Shown: piece after piece, positions 49,544 through 58,000 of the stretch
How the letters are laid out: the number at the start of each line of letters is the position of its first letter
Numbering within the stretch: the first letter of the stretch is position 1
NCBI GenBank assembly: GCA_963835575.1
Contig: CAWIGG010000004.1
Coordinates: forward strand, 256,001-320,000
DNA length: 64,000 bases
Direction of reading: 5' to 3'
Source: an uncultured Spirochaetota bacterium
GTDB lineage: Bacteria > Spirochaetota > Brevinematia > Brevinematales > JAOACQ01
The notes under the pieces: generated by a model
Told to the model about the DNA's origin: nothing
What the model saw: the letters and a program-made list of their open reading frames with translations, nothing else
Databases searched by the model: none
Position numbers and translations under genes: made by a program

Positions 49544-49720
49544 ATTTGCGCACCCCTTTGATTCCATTATTTTATACTGTATCATTTATAAATATACATA
49601 AACCTTTCCATATTGTAAAGAAAGATCTGATTATAACTGTCCGAAAATATAAAGAAAACTGACTGCTATTTCAAAAAAAATATAAAAAGCGGTTCTAATT
49701 CATTCAGTATAAGCATCCAG

Positions 49721-52207
49721 TCAGAACCTGCTCGAAAAGAAACTCTCCGCTTCGCGGATGATCTGTTTTAAACTTCCGCTGATCAATTTTGCCGGCGGCA
49801 GGGAATTAAGAAAGATCGGCCCGTAGCGCTTTGTTTTAATGCGGTGGTCCATTATGGCGATCACGCCCTTGTCGGTCTTGCTGCGGATGAGCCGGCCCAT
49901 TCCCTGCTTCAGCCGCAAGACGGCCCTCGGGACGCTGTAATTGATAAAGGGGTTCATGTCCTTGAACTCCAGCAGATTGACCTTGGCCTTATAGATCGGA
50001 TCGGCCGGCGAGTCGAAAGGCAGTTTTTCGATGATGACGCAGCGGAGATTGTCGCCCTGGATATCGATCCCTTCCCAGAAGCTGGACGTGGCGAAAAGGA
50101 CCACATTGGGATTTTTGCTCATCTTTGAAAGAAGCTCGTCCCTTGGAAAATCGCCCTGCTTGAGCGGGAGCAGCCCTTCATCGCTCAATTCCCCGTTTAA
50201 AATCTCGAATGTTTTATTCAGCCGGACATAGGATGTGAAGAGGATCAGAACGCCGCCCTCGCTCATCAGGGACAGCTCTTTGATCAATAGGGTTTTTTCC
50301 TCCGTGACACTGCCATGGTCCAGGTCTTCCTCGAGGATATAAATTTCCGCCTGCTTTGTATAATCAAACGGGGAAAGAAGCCGGACCTCAATTTTCTCCT
50401 TGTTGGTCGCGAGCTGCAGCCCGACGCTGGTTTTAAAATAATCGAACTTATTATTGATCATCAGAGTGGCGGACGTAAAGACAGTAAAATCCTTTCTTGA
50501 GAAAAGGGAATTGGCCAGAAAATCGCCTACTTCCAGCGGGCTGTAATGAAACCGGATATTTTTCTTTGTCAGCTCTATCCACTTGACAAAATTGATCTCA
50601 TTCTCTGTATTAAAGATCAGGTCATACACTTCCCGGGCGTTCACAAGGCTTTTCATCCGGTAGCCGATGGACTGGATCACTTCCAGCGCCTCATGATGGA
50701 CCGCAACATCCTTCAGCCTTCCCGCGAACTGCTCAAAATGCGTCGTAAAATGTCCGATCTGCTTGAAAAGCAAGGAAGCCGCGTCAGATAACGCCTCATA
50801 GGCCGGGCTTTTTATAAACTCCTCATCCAGGCCGACCGAATTGGATTCCTTCGTCCATTCTTTTAAAAGCTCCACCGCGTCAAACATAAAATCCGCCAGC
50901 GCATGAAGCAGGTCCTTATGCATCTTTAAAAGCTCCTCATAAGCCTGCGCCAGTTCCACATGGGCATCTATATTCCCTTTCCTGTTCAAAAGGACAAACA
51001 GGCCGTACCCTTTCCCTTTTTTTAATGTGTAGAGTTTTCTGAGCTGATAGAGAAGCGACTGGATGGAAAAATCCTTGGAGAGGGATTTCAGCGCCACATC
51101 CTCCAGGTGATGCGCCTCGTCAAAAACGATGCCGGAAAAAAAGGGGAGCATGCTCCGATGGCTTGCTTCATCGATCATGCTGAAGACAAGGGAATGGTTG
51201 ACAATGACGATGTTGGACTTTTCAGCCTGAAGCCTCGCCCGGTAATAAAAACAATCCCCGTAGTACTGGCATTTTCTGCGGCTGCAGATGATCGAATCGC
51301 AGGCCACTTCCTCCCAGACTTCATCGCTGACATAGCTTCCGAATTCGCCGATCGTTCCTTCCTGGCAGGTGCCGCTCCATTCCTCGATATCAAAAATAAT
51401 CCGCCAGTGCTCATCCTCGCCGAAAAGCGTGTCCTGCTTTTCCTTGTCTCTGATGAGGTCCTGAATCTTCTTTTTACAGAGATAATTTCCCTTTCCGATC
51501 AGCACGGAATAGTGAACATCTTTTTTCAGGTATTGATAGACAACCTTCTCCACAATGAGCATGTCCTTTCCGGCTATCTGCTGCTGAAGATTGATCGTCT
51601 GCGTGGAAACGATCACTCTCTTTTTATTCTCAACGGCCCAGATGGCCGCCGGAATAAGATAGGAAAGCGACTTGCCGGTCCCTGTGCCGGCTTCAGAAAT
51701 AAGAATATCCGATTCATTCACCGCTTCAATTACTCCCGACACAAGCTTGATCTGTTCCTCACGCGGCTCAAAATAGGCGATATTTTTGGAAAGGAGCCCG
51801 TCCTCCTCGAAAATATTTTTTATTTCCTCATCCTTGATATAAACGCGCGCCTCTGGCTTGAATACGATGTTGACATACTTGCACTGATTATCGATGATGT
51901 AAAAGCCGATCTTTTTATTGGCCAGTTCCGTGGCCAGCTGGATGTCGTTTTCAGAGGCCCTGAGGTTGTCGCCGTCGCTGTCGTCGCCCGGGTGGTTATG
52001 GATCAGGACATCCCCCTGCAGGGTGTCCATCAGAATGACCGGGGTCGAATTCTCATTGCCGTAGGCAAGCGGCTCGACCTCATAAACGGCGCCGGACCTG
52101 TCGACATTCCCGACAAACGAGACTTCCTGTCCGGCGTTTTTTTCAATCTCGCCGGCGATATAGTCAATCGCTTCAGGCGTAAAGCATTCTACGGCAAGCT
52201 TTTTCAA
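49721..52207 (-). CDS. DinG/YoaA-family Fe-S helicase with an N-terminal JAB/MPN-like domain
   Basis: N-terminal QEV...HNHPG...ASEND; EAGTGTGKS; Cys cluster; DEAH; SATL; FWEGID; QGMGRLIRS. Confidence 0.9.
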   Translation of the reverse strand: MKKLAVECFTPEAIDYIAGEIEKNAGQEVSFVGNVDRSGAVYEVEPLAYGNENSTPVILMDTLQGDVLIHNHPGDDSDGDNLRASENDIQLATELANKKIGFYIIDNQCKYVNIVFKPEARVYIKDEEIKNIFEEDGLLSKNIAYFEPREEQIKLVSGVIEAVNESDILISEAGTGTGKSLSYLIPAAIWAVENKKRVIVSTQTINLQQQIAGKDMLIVEKVVYQYLKKDVHYSVLIGKGNYLCKKKIQDLIRDKEKQDTLFGEDEHWRIIFDIEEWSGTCQEGTIGEFGSYVSDEVWEEVACDSIICSRRKCQYYGDCFYYRARLQAEKSNIVIVNHSLVFSMIDEASHRSMLPFFSGIVFDEAHHLEDVALKSLSKDFSIQSLLYQLRKLYTLKKGKGYGLFVLLNRKGNIDAHVELAQAYEELLKMHKDLLHALADFMFDAVELLKEWTKESNSVGLDEEFIKSPAYEALSDAASLLFKQIGHFTTHFEQFAGRLKDVAVHHEALEVIQSIGYRMKSLVNAREVYDLIFNTENEINFVKWIELTKKNIRFHYSPLEVGDFLANSLFSRKDFTVFTSATLMINNKFDYFKTSVGLQLATNKEKIEVRLLSPFDYTKQAEIYILEEDLDHGSVTEEKTLLIKELSLMSEGGVLILFTSYVRLNKTFEILNGELSDEGLLPLKQGDFPRDELLSKMSKNPNVVLFATSSFWEGIDIQGDNLRCVIIEKLPFDSPADPIYKAKVNLLEFKDMNPFINYSVPRAVLRLKQGMGRLIRSKTDKGVIAIMDHRIKTKRYGPIFLNSLPPAKLISGSLKQIIREAESFFSSRF

Positions 52208-52300
52208 TTATGGCTCCTATGGGATAGATGTTCTTGAAATGCTGTTTATATTATAAAGGATTTCGTTTGGATTTGCACTATTTGTAATAGCCCAATTAAG

Positions 52301-52508
52301 CAGGATCAGCAGGATAACGCAGGATTTTCAGGATTTTATAATTCCTTTATGTAATATCCGATTGTTCACGCGGATGACACGGATAAGTCGGATTTTATAG
52401 GATTTAGTTTTACTTTTAGGAACCTTATTGCTTTTACTCAATTTACGGAATTTAATAGGACACTCGGGGACGGGGATTTTAGGGTGGCTACGCCAGTTAT
52501 ACAAAAAG
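52301..52508 (+). repeat. Left repeat complex: (CAGGAT-N3/4)x4, block A (52365-52461) and block B (52480-52508)
   Basis: CAGGATCAG CAGGATAACG CAGGATTTT CAGGATTTT. Blocks A and B each have an inverted counterpart at 54971-55151. Confidence 0.75.
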
Positions 52509-52509
52509 C

Positions 52510-52565
52510 GTCATTGCGAGTCAAAAAACCCGAACAATGCCAATATTTGTCATACGAAGCAATCT
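52510..52565 (+). repeat. Degenerate GTCATTGCGAG...CGAAGCAATCT REP-like element
   Basis: GTCATTGCGAG (52510) and CGAAGCAATCT (52555) recall a widespread bacterial palindromic repeat. The second arm is not clearly retained. Confidence 0.45.
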
Positions 52566-52740
52566 GTCTGCAAATTAATGATTCTAAATTCATTGGCAAG
52601 ATTTCGCCTGCGAACAAATGGTTGAGCAGAGAGTATGACTCTTAAAATACAGCTTTCCTTTTTTTTCCCTGTCTGGCATAAGATTCCTTTCTTATTTTGA
52701 AAATATTATTTTTTTATCCGACAGGCTGCCGGGGGGGTTA

Positions 52741-53032
52741 CGATATTTCTTTCTTTTCGAAAAGAAAGAAATATCGCGCTAAAGAAAGAAAACAGGTCGA
52801 GGCCATTTTCATTCGAAGCAGCCGGAATGTACGGAGGTGTGTCATCCGGCTTTTAAAAAACCAATTCCTTATTAAAATAGCCTCCTATGTCGCCGTCCAA
52901 TGGCTTTATGCGTCGGTTGCGGCTTCCGTGCCGCAAGCTTGTGCTTCTTTTCATTTATTATAACAGCGGATAACACGACTTGATATGGAGTTGATTGGTA
53001 TTCTGATTAAAGTCAGGAGGAAAATGGCCTCG
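52741..53032. repeat. Structured non-coding element: 36-bp perfect palindrome plus a ~235-nt nested fold-back
   Basis: CGATATTTCTTTCTTTTC|GAAAAGAAAGAAATATCG (52741-52776). 13-bp IR CGAGGCCATTTTC (52798) / GAAAATGGCCTCG (53020-53032). Internal hairpins AGCCGGA/TCCGGCT and TTGCGGC/GCCGCAA. Confidence 0.7.
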
Positions 53033-53059
53033 GGAAAGGAAAAAAACTAATTGCTATTA

Positions 53060-54952
53060 TTAAACTCCATGTCGTGAATAATCAGGTTTGAATCTAAATA
53101 ATAAATATAATTCTTCAGGAGTATAAATTTTAAGGATAAAAACTCCATATAATAGATATAAATGTAATTCTGATTTTTCTAAAAGTTTCATTATATATTC
53201 AGTTATCTCAAATGAATATGATATAAAACTCTCTTTTTTATAAATTTCATTTGAATTATAATACTCTCGACCAACATACATTATACCAACAAGCAACGCT
53301 AAAAATTCTTTTTTCTGTAATCTAAGATAACTTATAAAATTATTTTTTATTTTTCTAGATTCTAATAAATAGTCTGAACTCAAATTTGATAACTCTATAC
53401 CAGTTCCAAGATTATATTTTTTATGTAGTATATTTCTATCAGATTTCAATTTTATTGCAAGATTTATTGTATTATATATTATTTTATTCTCATCGGATAA
53501 TGAACTTAAGAGTAACTTTCTATTATTTTTCATCTCAATATCTTTATTTTCTTTAATAATTTTCCTAACATTTTTATAAATATAGTTTCTAAATTCATTT
53601 GTATTCATTTTATTATGTCGCCCATCATACGTTGATGCGTCCTTATTATAAAGAGATTGTTTTGCAAATATTACTAAAGCACCTTTTTGTATTCTACTGA
53701 CCAATCTTGCTCCTTTTGGCAAGGGACCATCATAATAATAACCCGAATCCCAAACTGATCTATCTACATATTCATTTGGTTTAATTTCTGTTAATTCTTC
53801 AATTATACTTTCATAGATAATTGCTTTAATGGGTTTAGTTTCTATTCTTAAATAGTTCCATTCTGGCACATAATGAAAATTTTCATAGATCAATCTTTTT
53901 GGTTTTATGATATAACAAGAACCATTTAAATCTAAATCAAGGCAGCCAGGTTCATTAGATTTTTTAACTCCTATTAAATCTAGTCCACCACCTCTTGGTA
54001 AAAATAGATGATTTAAATTTTCTGTTTCACATAGAAATGATAAAATAGATATTATATCATCTATATTATTCCAAACCATACGTGCCGGTTTATTAATTTT
54101 ATGTACATGGTCATCAAAATAATTCCATTGCAATATATTCTGAATGCTGAAATCTTTTGAGGCGGTTAGCCACTCTTCAATTTTATTAATGAATATATTC
54201 ATTGTTGGTCTTAATGATGGATTTTCATTTGTACAATCACGTAATAAATTATCTATTGGGAAAAGAAAATCATTTTTTATAAATCTTTTTAATGAAATAT
54301 TTTCATCTGAAGCATCATACCTACCATCAAAACCATCATAAACATTTGTTAACAATATCCAGAATGTTTTTGATAATGAATATACGTCAGCTAATCTACC
54401 ATCGGAATTTTGAGGTGATCTCCTCATTTCTGGAGCAATAGTCCATATTGGCCCTAATTTTTTTTCTTTTGTTATCTTAGATTTATGAGGAAAATCTACT
54501 AAACCAAAATCACCAATACACCAATTATTATTATAATAATATAAATTTTCAGGCTTTATATCTCTATGAGAAATTCCAATATTATGAAAATATATTAAAA
54601 CTTTTGCTATACTAAGAATAGCTTTTGCTATTTCATAAATATCAGTTTTGCTAATTTTTTCAATGATGGGCGTCGCAATTGGCATTACATACCAATAAGG
54701 AATGTCTTTAGTTGATGCTTGAAGAAAAGAATCTAATATAGGAATTATACCTATAAGATTATTATTATCTTTTACAGTTTGAATTTCATATTTAAATCTC
54801 TTAAATAAAATATTATTTTTAATAAAAATATTTTTTAATATCTTCATTGCATATTCTTGCTGATTTTGATCTTTTACTTTCCAAACTTCTGAATTTCCCC
54901 CAAAACCAAGTTTTTCAATTAATGTATATTTATCAATTTTTTTAATTTTCAT
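53060..54952 (-). CDS. Hanks-type Ser/Thr protein kinase, very AT-rich, Stk2-like, with a long C-terminal region
   Basis: LGFGGNSEVW, AMK, HRDIKPEN, DFG, APE, DVYSL. No TM or PASTA domains. GC about 20-25% by eye versus much higher flanks. Confidence 0.88.
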   Translation of the reverse strand: MKIKKIDKYTLIEKLGFGGNSEVWKVKDQNQQEYAMKILKNIFIKNNILFKRFKYEIQTVKDNNNLIGIIPILDSFLQASTKDIPYWYVMPIATPIIEKISKTDIYEIAKAILSIAKVLIYFHNIGISHRDIKPENLYYYNNNWCIGDFGLVDFPHKSKITKEKKLGPIWTIAPEMRRSPQNSDGRLADVYSLSKTFWILLTNVYDGFDGRYDASDENISLKRFIKNDFLFPIDNLLRDCTNENPSLRPTMNIFINKIEEWLTASKDFSIQNILQWNYFDDHVHKINKPARMVWNNIDDIISILSFLCETENLNHLFLPRGGGLDLIGVKKSNEPGCLDLDLNGSCYIIKPKRLIYENFHYVPEWNYLRIETKPIKAIIYESIIEELTEIKPNEYVDRSVWDSGYYYDGPLPKGARLVSRIQKGALVIFAKQSLYNKDASTYDGRHNKMNTNEFRNYIYKNVRKIIKENKDIEMKNNRKLLLSSLSDENKIIYNTINLAIKLKSDRNILHKKYNLGTGIELSNLSSDYLLESRKIKNNFISYLRLQKKEFLALLVGIMYVGREYYNSNEIYKKESFISYSFEITEYIMKLLEKSELHLYLLYGVFILKIYTPEELYLLFRFKPDYSRHGV

Positions 54953-54970
54953 TAAAAACCTTCCACTCTC

Positions 54971-55191
54971 GTCCTATTTTATTCCCGGCATCGAGTATTA
55001 GAATAAGGCAGCTCAATGTAAAACTAAATCCTAAAAATCTGTCCCAATCCGTGAAATCTGTGTGAAATTGGGGTCTATAAATAAGCTTTAATAAAGTAAA
55101 CAAAGGATTGTGAGTCAGAATTTTATGTATTACCGGCGTAGCCCGCACCCTATTCGCGTATCTTCGCGTATCTTCGCGTATCTTCGCGGAA
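54971..55191 (-). repeat. Right repeat complex: inverted block A (54971-55066), inverted block B (55121-55151) and (TTCGCGTATC)x3
   Basis: The reverse complement TTCACACAGATTTCACGGATTGGGACAGATTTTTAGGATTTAGTTTTAC...CCTTATT...ACTC...GGAAT..AATAGGAC aligns with 52365-52461. 10-mer tandem at 55153-55191. Confidence 0.78.
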
Positions 55192-55204
55192 GCCCAGTCC
55201 TGCC

Positions 55205-57781
55205 TTAAACCGGCTTCTCCTGCCTATTCATGAAGTTATTCAATTCTTCCGCCCCGAACAACACCTCCCGCGGCTTGCTGGAGCCTGTCGACGGGCCAAG
55301 GGCCCCCATTTTATCCATCGCCTCGATCAGCCTGGAAGCGCGGTTGTAGCCGATGCGGAAGCGGCGCTGGAGGGACGAAGCCGAAATCTCGCCGTTTTCC
55401 ACGGCCGCCTTGAGCGACTCGATAAAGAGCGGGTCGTCGCGGTAATCGACTGAAAAAGCCGAATCCGTTTCCGAGGCGGGGCTTGCCATCAGGCCCTCGA
55501 CATCGATCACATAATCCGCCTTTCCGTTCCTCTTGAGGTCTTTTACAAGATTTTCGATGTCCGAATTGGAAACATAGGGCGACTGAATGCGGAGCATATC
55601 GATAAAATTCGGCGTCATAAAAAGCATGTCTCCCTTTCCCAGGAGCTTTTCCGCCCCGCTTTTATCCAGAATGGTACGGGAATCCGTCTGCGAGCTGACG
55701 CGGAACGCGATGCGGGAAGGGAAGTTCGCCTTGATGATCCCGGTAACGACATCCACGCTCGGCCGCTGTGTCGCCACAACCAGATGGATGCCCACGGCCC
55801 TGGCCATCGCCGCTATGCGGGATATGACCTTTTCCGTTTCCTTCGGAAGCCGGAGCATCAGGTTCGCGAACTCATCTATCACGATAACAATATAGGGAAA
55901 GTATTCATAGGTTTTTTCGGCGTCATCCCTGGCGGCGGTTTTGATCTTTTTAACCTCGCGGTTATAATCGTCCATGTTGCGCACGCCGAAATCGCTGAGC
56001 ATCTTGTATCTTTTATCCATTTCGGCGGACGTCCATTCCAGCACGGCAATGGCCTCTTCCGGGCTGGTTATGACCGGCGCCAGCAGGTGCGGAATGCCGT
56101 TGTAAAGCTCCAGCTCCACCATTTTGGGATCGATAAAAATAAACTTCACCTCTTCGGCTGTCTTTTTGAATGTCAGGCCGCCGATCAGGGAATTGACATA
56201 AACGCTTTTTCCGCTGCCGGTCGTACCGGCGATCAAAAGATGCGGCATTTCCGTCAGGTCTTCAATCACGATATTGCCAGCTATATCCTTCCCGAGGATG
56301 AGCGGAAGCTTCGCCTTTGTTTTTTTATATTCTTCGCTTTCTATGATCTCGCGGAGGACAACCGTTCTCCTGAATTTGTTGGGCACTTCCACGCCGACGA
56401 TGCTTTTGTTGCCGATCGGCGCGACAATGCGGATGTTGCGCGTGCCGAGGTTCAGCGCCAGGTCGTCCGTCAGGTTCACGATATTTTTGAGCTTCAATCC
56501 TGTGGGGGGAATTATTTCATAACGGGTGATGGCCGGCCCTCTCGAGTGACCGGAGACCCTGACGTCAATTTTAAAGCTCGCAAACGTATTCTCAATGATC
56601 TTGGAGACCCTGTCGATCTCCTCGTTCTCCTCCGCGCGGGAAAAGCTTTCAAGCCCTTTTTCCAGAATATTCAAATCCGGAAAAACATAATCCGGATGGG
56701 TTTCTTTTTCAGTAAAAAGCTCCTGTTCAATGTCTTCCCTGCTCCGCCTGGACTGCGCCAGCTCGGCGTAATCAGCCTCGCCGACAATCTCTTCTATTTC
56801 CAGACCGTTCGATTCGTTCAATAACTCAGGTTCCGGTTTTTCTTTTTGAATGATTATCTCCTCTTCCGGCTTTTTTTCACTCACTTCCTCTACAGGAATT
56901 TCTTTATCCATAATAGAAATATTAGCTGCAGAAATGGCTTTCTCACCCTCTCCCAGCTCCTGATCAAAAAATTGATTGATTTCTGATAAAATATCCCCGG
57001 CGGCCTTTTTCTCTATAAGCCACAGCGGCGCTTTCTGCGCTTCCCGGGACAGCGAAGCGACATCGACAAATTCCCTGCCCTCATCTTTCCGCGGAGTATG
57101 GTGGAGATACTCCGGCTCCTTCCGCTCCGCCCATTTTTCTTCCTTTTCCATATTCCGGCCCGGATGATCTTGGGTATTCCGGCCTTCCCCCTGATAAGCG
57201 AAGACTTCCCTTCCGCTGACAGGCTCTTCTTTTGTTTTTGCCAGAAGGCCGAACATCTGGAAAGGCGCGAGTACAATCCATCCCAGAAGCCTGGCCAGTC
57301 CGTAAGTCATCTGCTGGAAGAGCTTCATGGCTGAAACCAGGGAAAGCAGTAAAATAAGGGAAAATATGCCGATTATGATATAGGGATGCAGAACTTCCTG
57401 AAGGCTTTTGGAAATGGCAAGGCCGAAAAGTCCAGATTCTATATAGGTTGCCGCGGGCATGAGGACTGCCAGTATGACAGACAGGCAGATTGTCGCGATA
57501 ATGAACAGGGTTGCTTTTATAAAAATCCTTCCGATTTTCGCGCCGACCAGAAAATTGATCCCGATGACAAAAAAACCGAAATTAAGGGCCAGAGAACCGT
57601 ATTTTCCATACAAGAGGACCAGGGGGGAAGAAATCCAGACTCCCAGGATCCCGGCCATATTTTCAAGAGGCTGGTTGACCTTTGACGCAAGAAAGGCCGA
57701 ATCCATAGGATTAAAACTGAGGAGCGCAATCAGTAATACCGCGGAAAAGGCAATCAATGTATAGCCCAGAATAATTCTCAT
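55205..57781 (-). CDS. ftsK: DNA translocase FtsK
   Basis: N-terminal TMs, acidic linker, PHLLIAGTTGSGKS, IDPKMVEL, VIDEFA, ATQRPSVDV, gamma domain LQRRFRIGYNRA. Confidence 0.96.
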   Translation of the reverse strand: MRIILGYTLIAFSAVLLIALLSFNPMDSAFLASKVNQPLENMAGILGVWISSPLVLLYGKYGSLALNFGFFVIGINFLVGAKIGRIFIKATLFIIATICLSVILAVLMPAATYIESGLFGLAISKSLQEVLHPYIIIGIFSLILLLSLVSAMKLFQQMTYGLARLLGWIVLAPFQMFGLLAKTKEEPVSGREVFAYQGEGRNTQDHPGRNMEKEEKWAERKEPEYLHHTPRKDEGREFVDVASLSREAQKAPLWLIEKKAAGDILSEINQFFDQELGEGEKAISAANISIMDKEIPVEEVSEKKPEEEIIIQKEKPEPELLNESNGLEIEEIVGEADYAELAQSRRSREDIEQELFTEKETHPDYVFPDLNILEKGLESFSRAEENEEIDRVSKIIENTFASFKIDVRVSGHSRGPAITRYEIIPPTGLKLKNIVNLTDDLALNLGTRNIRIVAPIGNKSIVGVEVPNKFRRTVVLREIIESEEYKKTKAKLPLILGKDIAGNIVIEDLTEMPHLLIAGTTGSGKSVYVNSLIGGLTFKKTAEEVKFIFIDPKMVELELYNGIPHLLAPVITSPEEAIAVLEWTSAEMDKRYKMLSDFGVRNMDDYNREVKKIKTAARDDAEKTYEYFPYIVIVIDEFANLMLRLPKETEKVISRIAAMARAVGIHLVVATQRPSVDVVTGIIKANFPSRIAFRVSSQTDSRTILDKSGAEKLLGKGDMLFMTPNFIDMLRIQSPYVSNSDIENLVKDLKRNGKADYVIDVEGLMASPASETDSAFSVDYRDDPLFIESLKAAVENGEISASSLQRRFRIGYNRASRLIEAMDKMGALGPSTGSSKPREVLFGAEELNNFMNRQEKPV

Positions 57782-58000
57782 TTCCCAAACCCCTTTTTAA
57801 TAAAAAGCAAGGGCTATTATACCTATTATAAAGTAATAAATAGAAAAATTAAATAATTTCAATTCAATAATTATTATCCGACTTTTATTCTAATAAACAA
57901 CTCATTTTTTATCAAGTAGAGCTCAATCAGTTAAATCTTAACGGAATAGTTTGACTTTTTTTCCTATTTGTAATAAAAATATGGAGACAGGAGAGATTCT

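Noticed and set aside
51107..52237. 376-aa plus-strand ORF
   Set aside because: Antisense shadow of the GC-rich dinG gene, with no recognisable motifs.
52428..52963. Small ORFs of 65 and 88 aa in the repeat hotspot
   Set aside because: They translate through palindromes and repeats, use TTG starts without a clear RBS, and show no protein motifs.
55152..55191. Short direct repeats as a possible CRISPR array
   Set aside because: The 10-bp units are contiguous, with no spacers and no cas genes in the window.
52300..55200. Integron cassette (attC) or prophage explanation for the kinase
   Set aside because: No integrase, no clear RYYYAAC...GTTRRRY attC after the gene and no phage genes were seen.
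55784..56824. 346-aa plus-strand ORF
   Set aside because: Antisense shadow of the ftsK motor domain, explained by codon bias.
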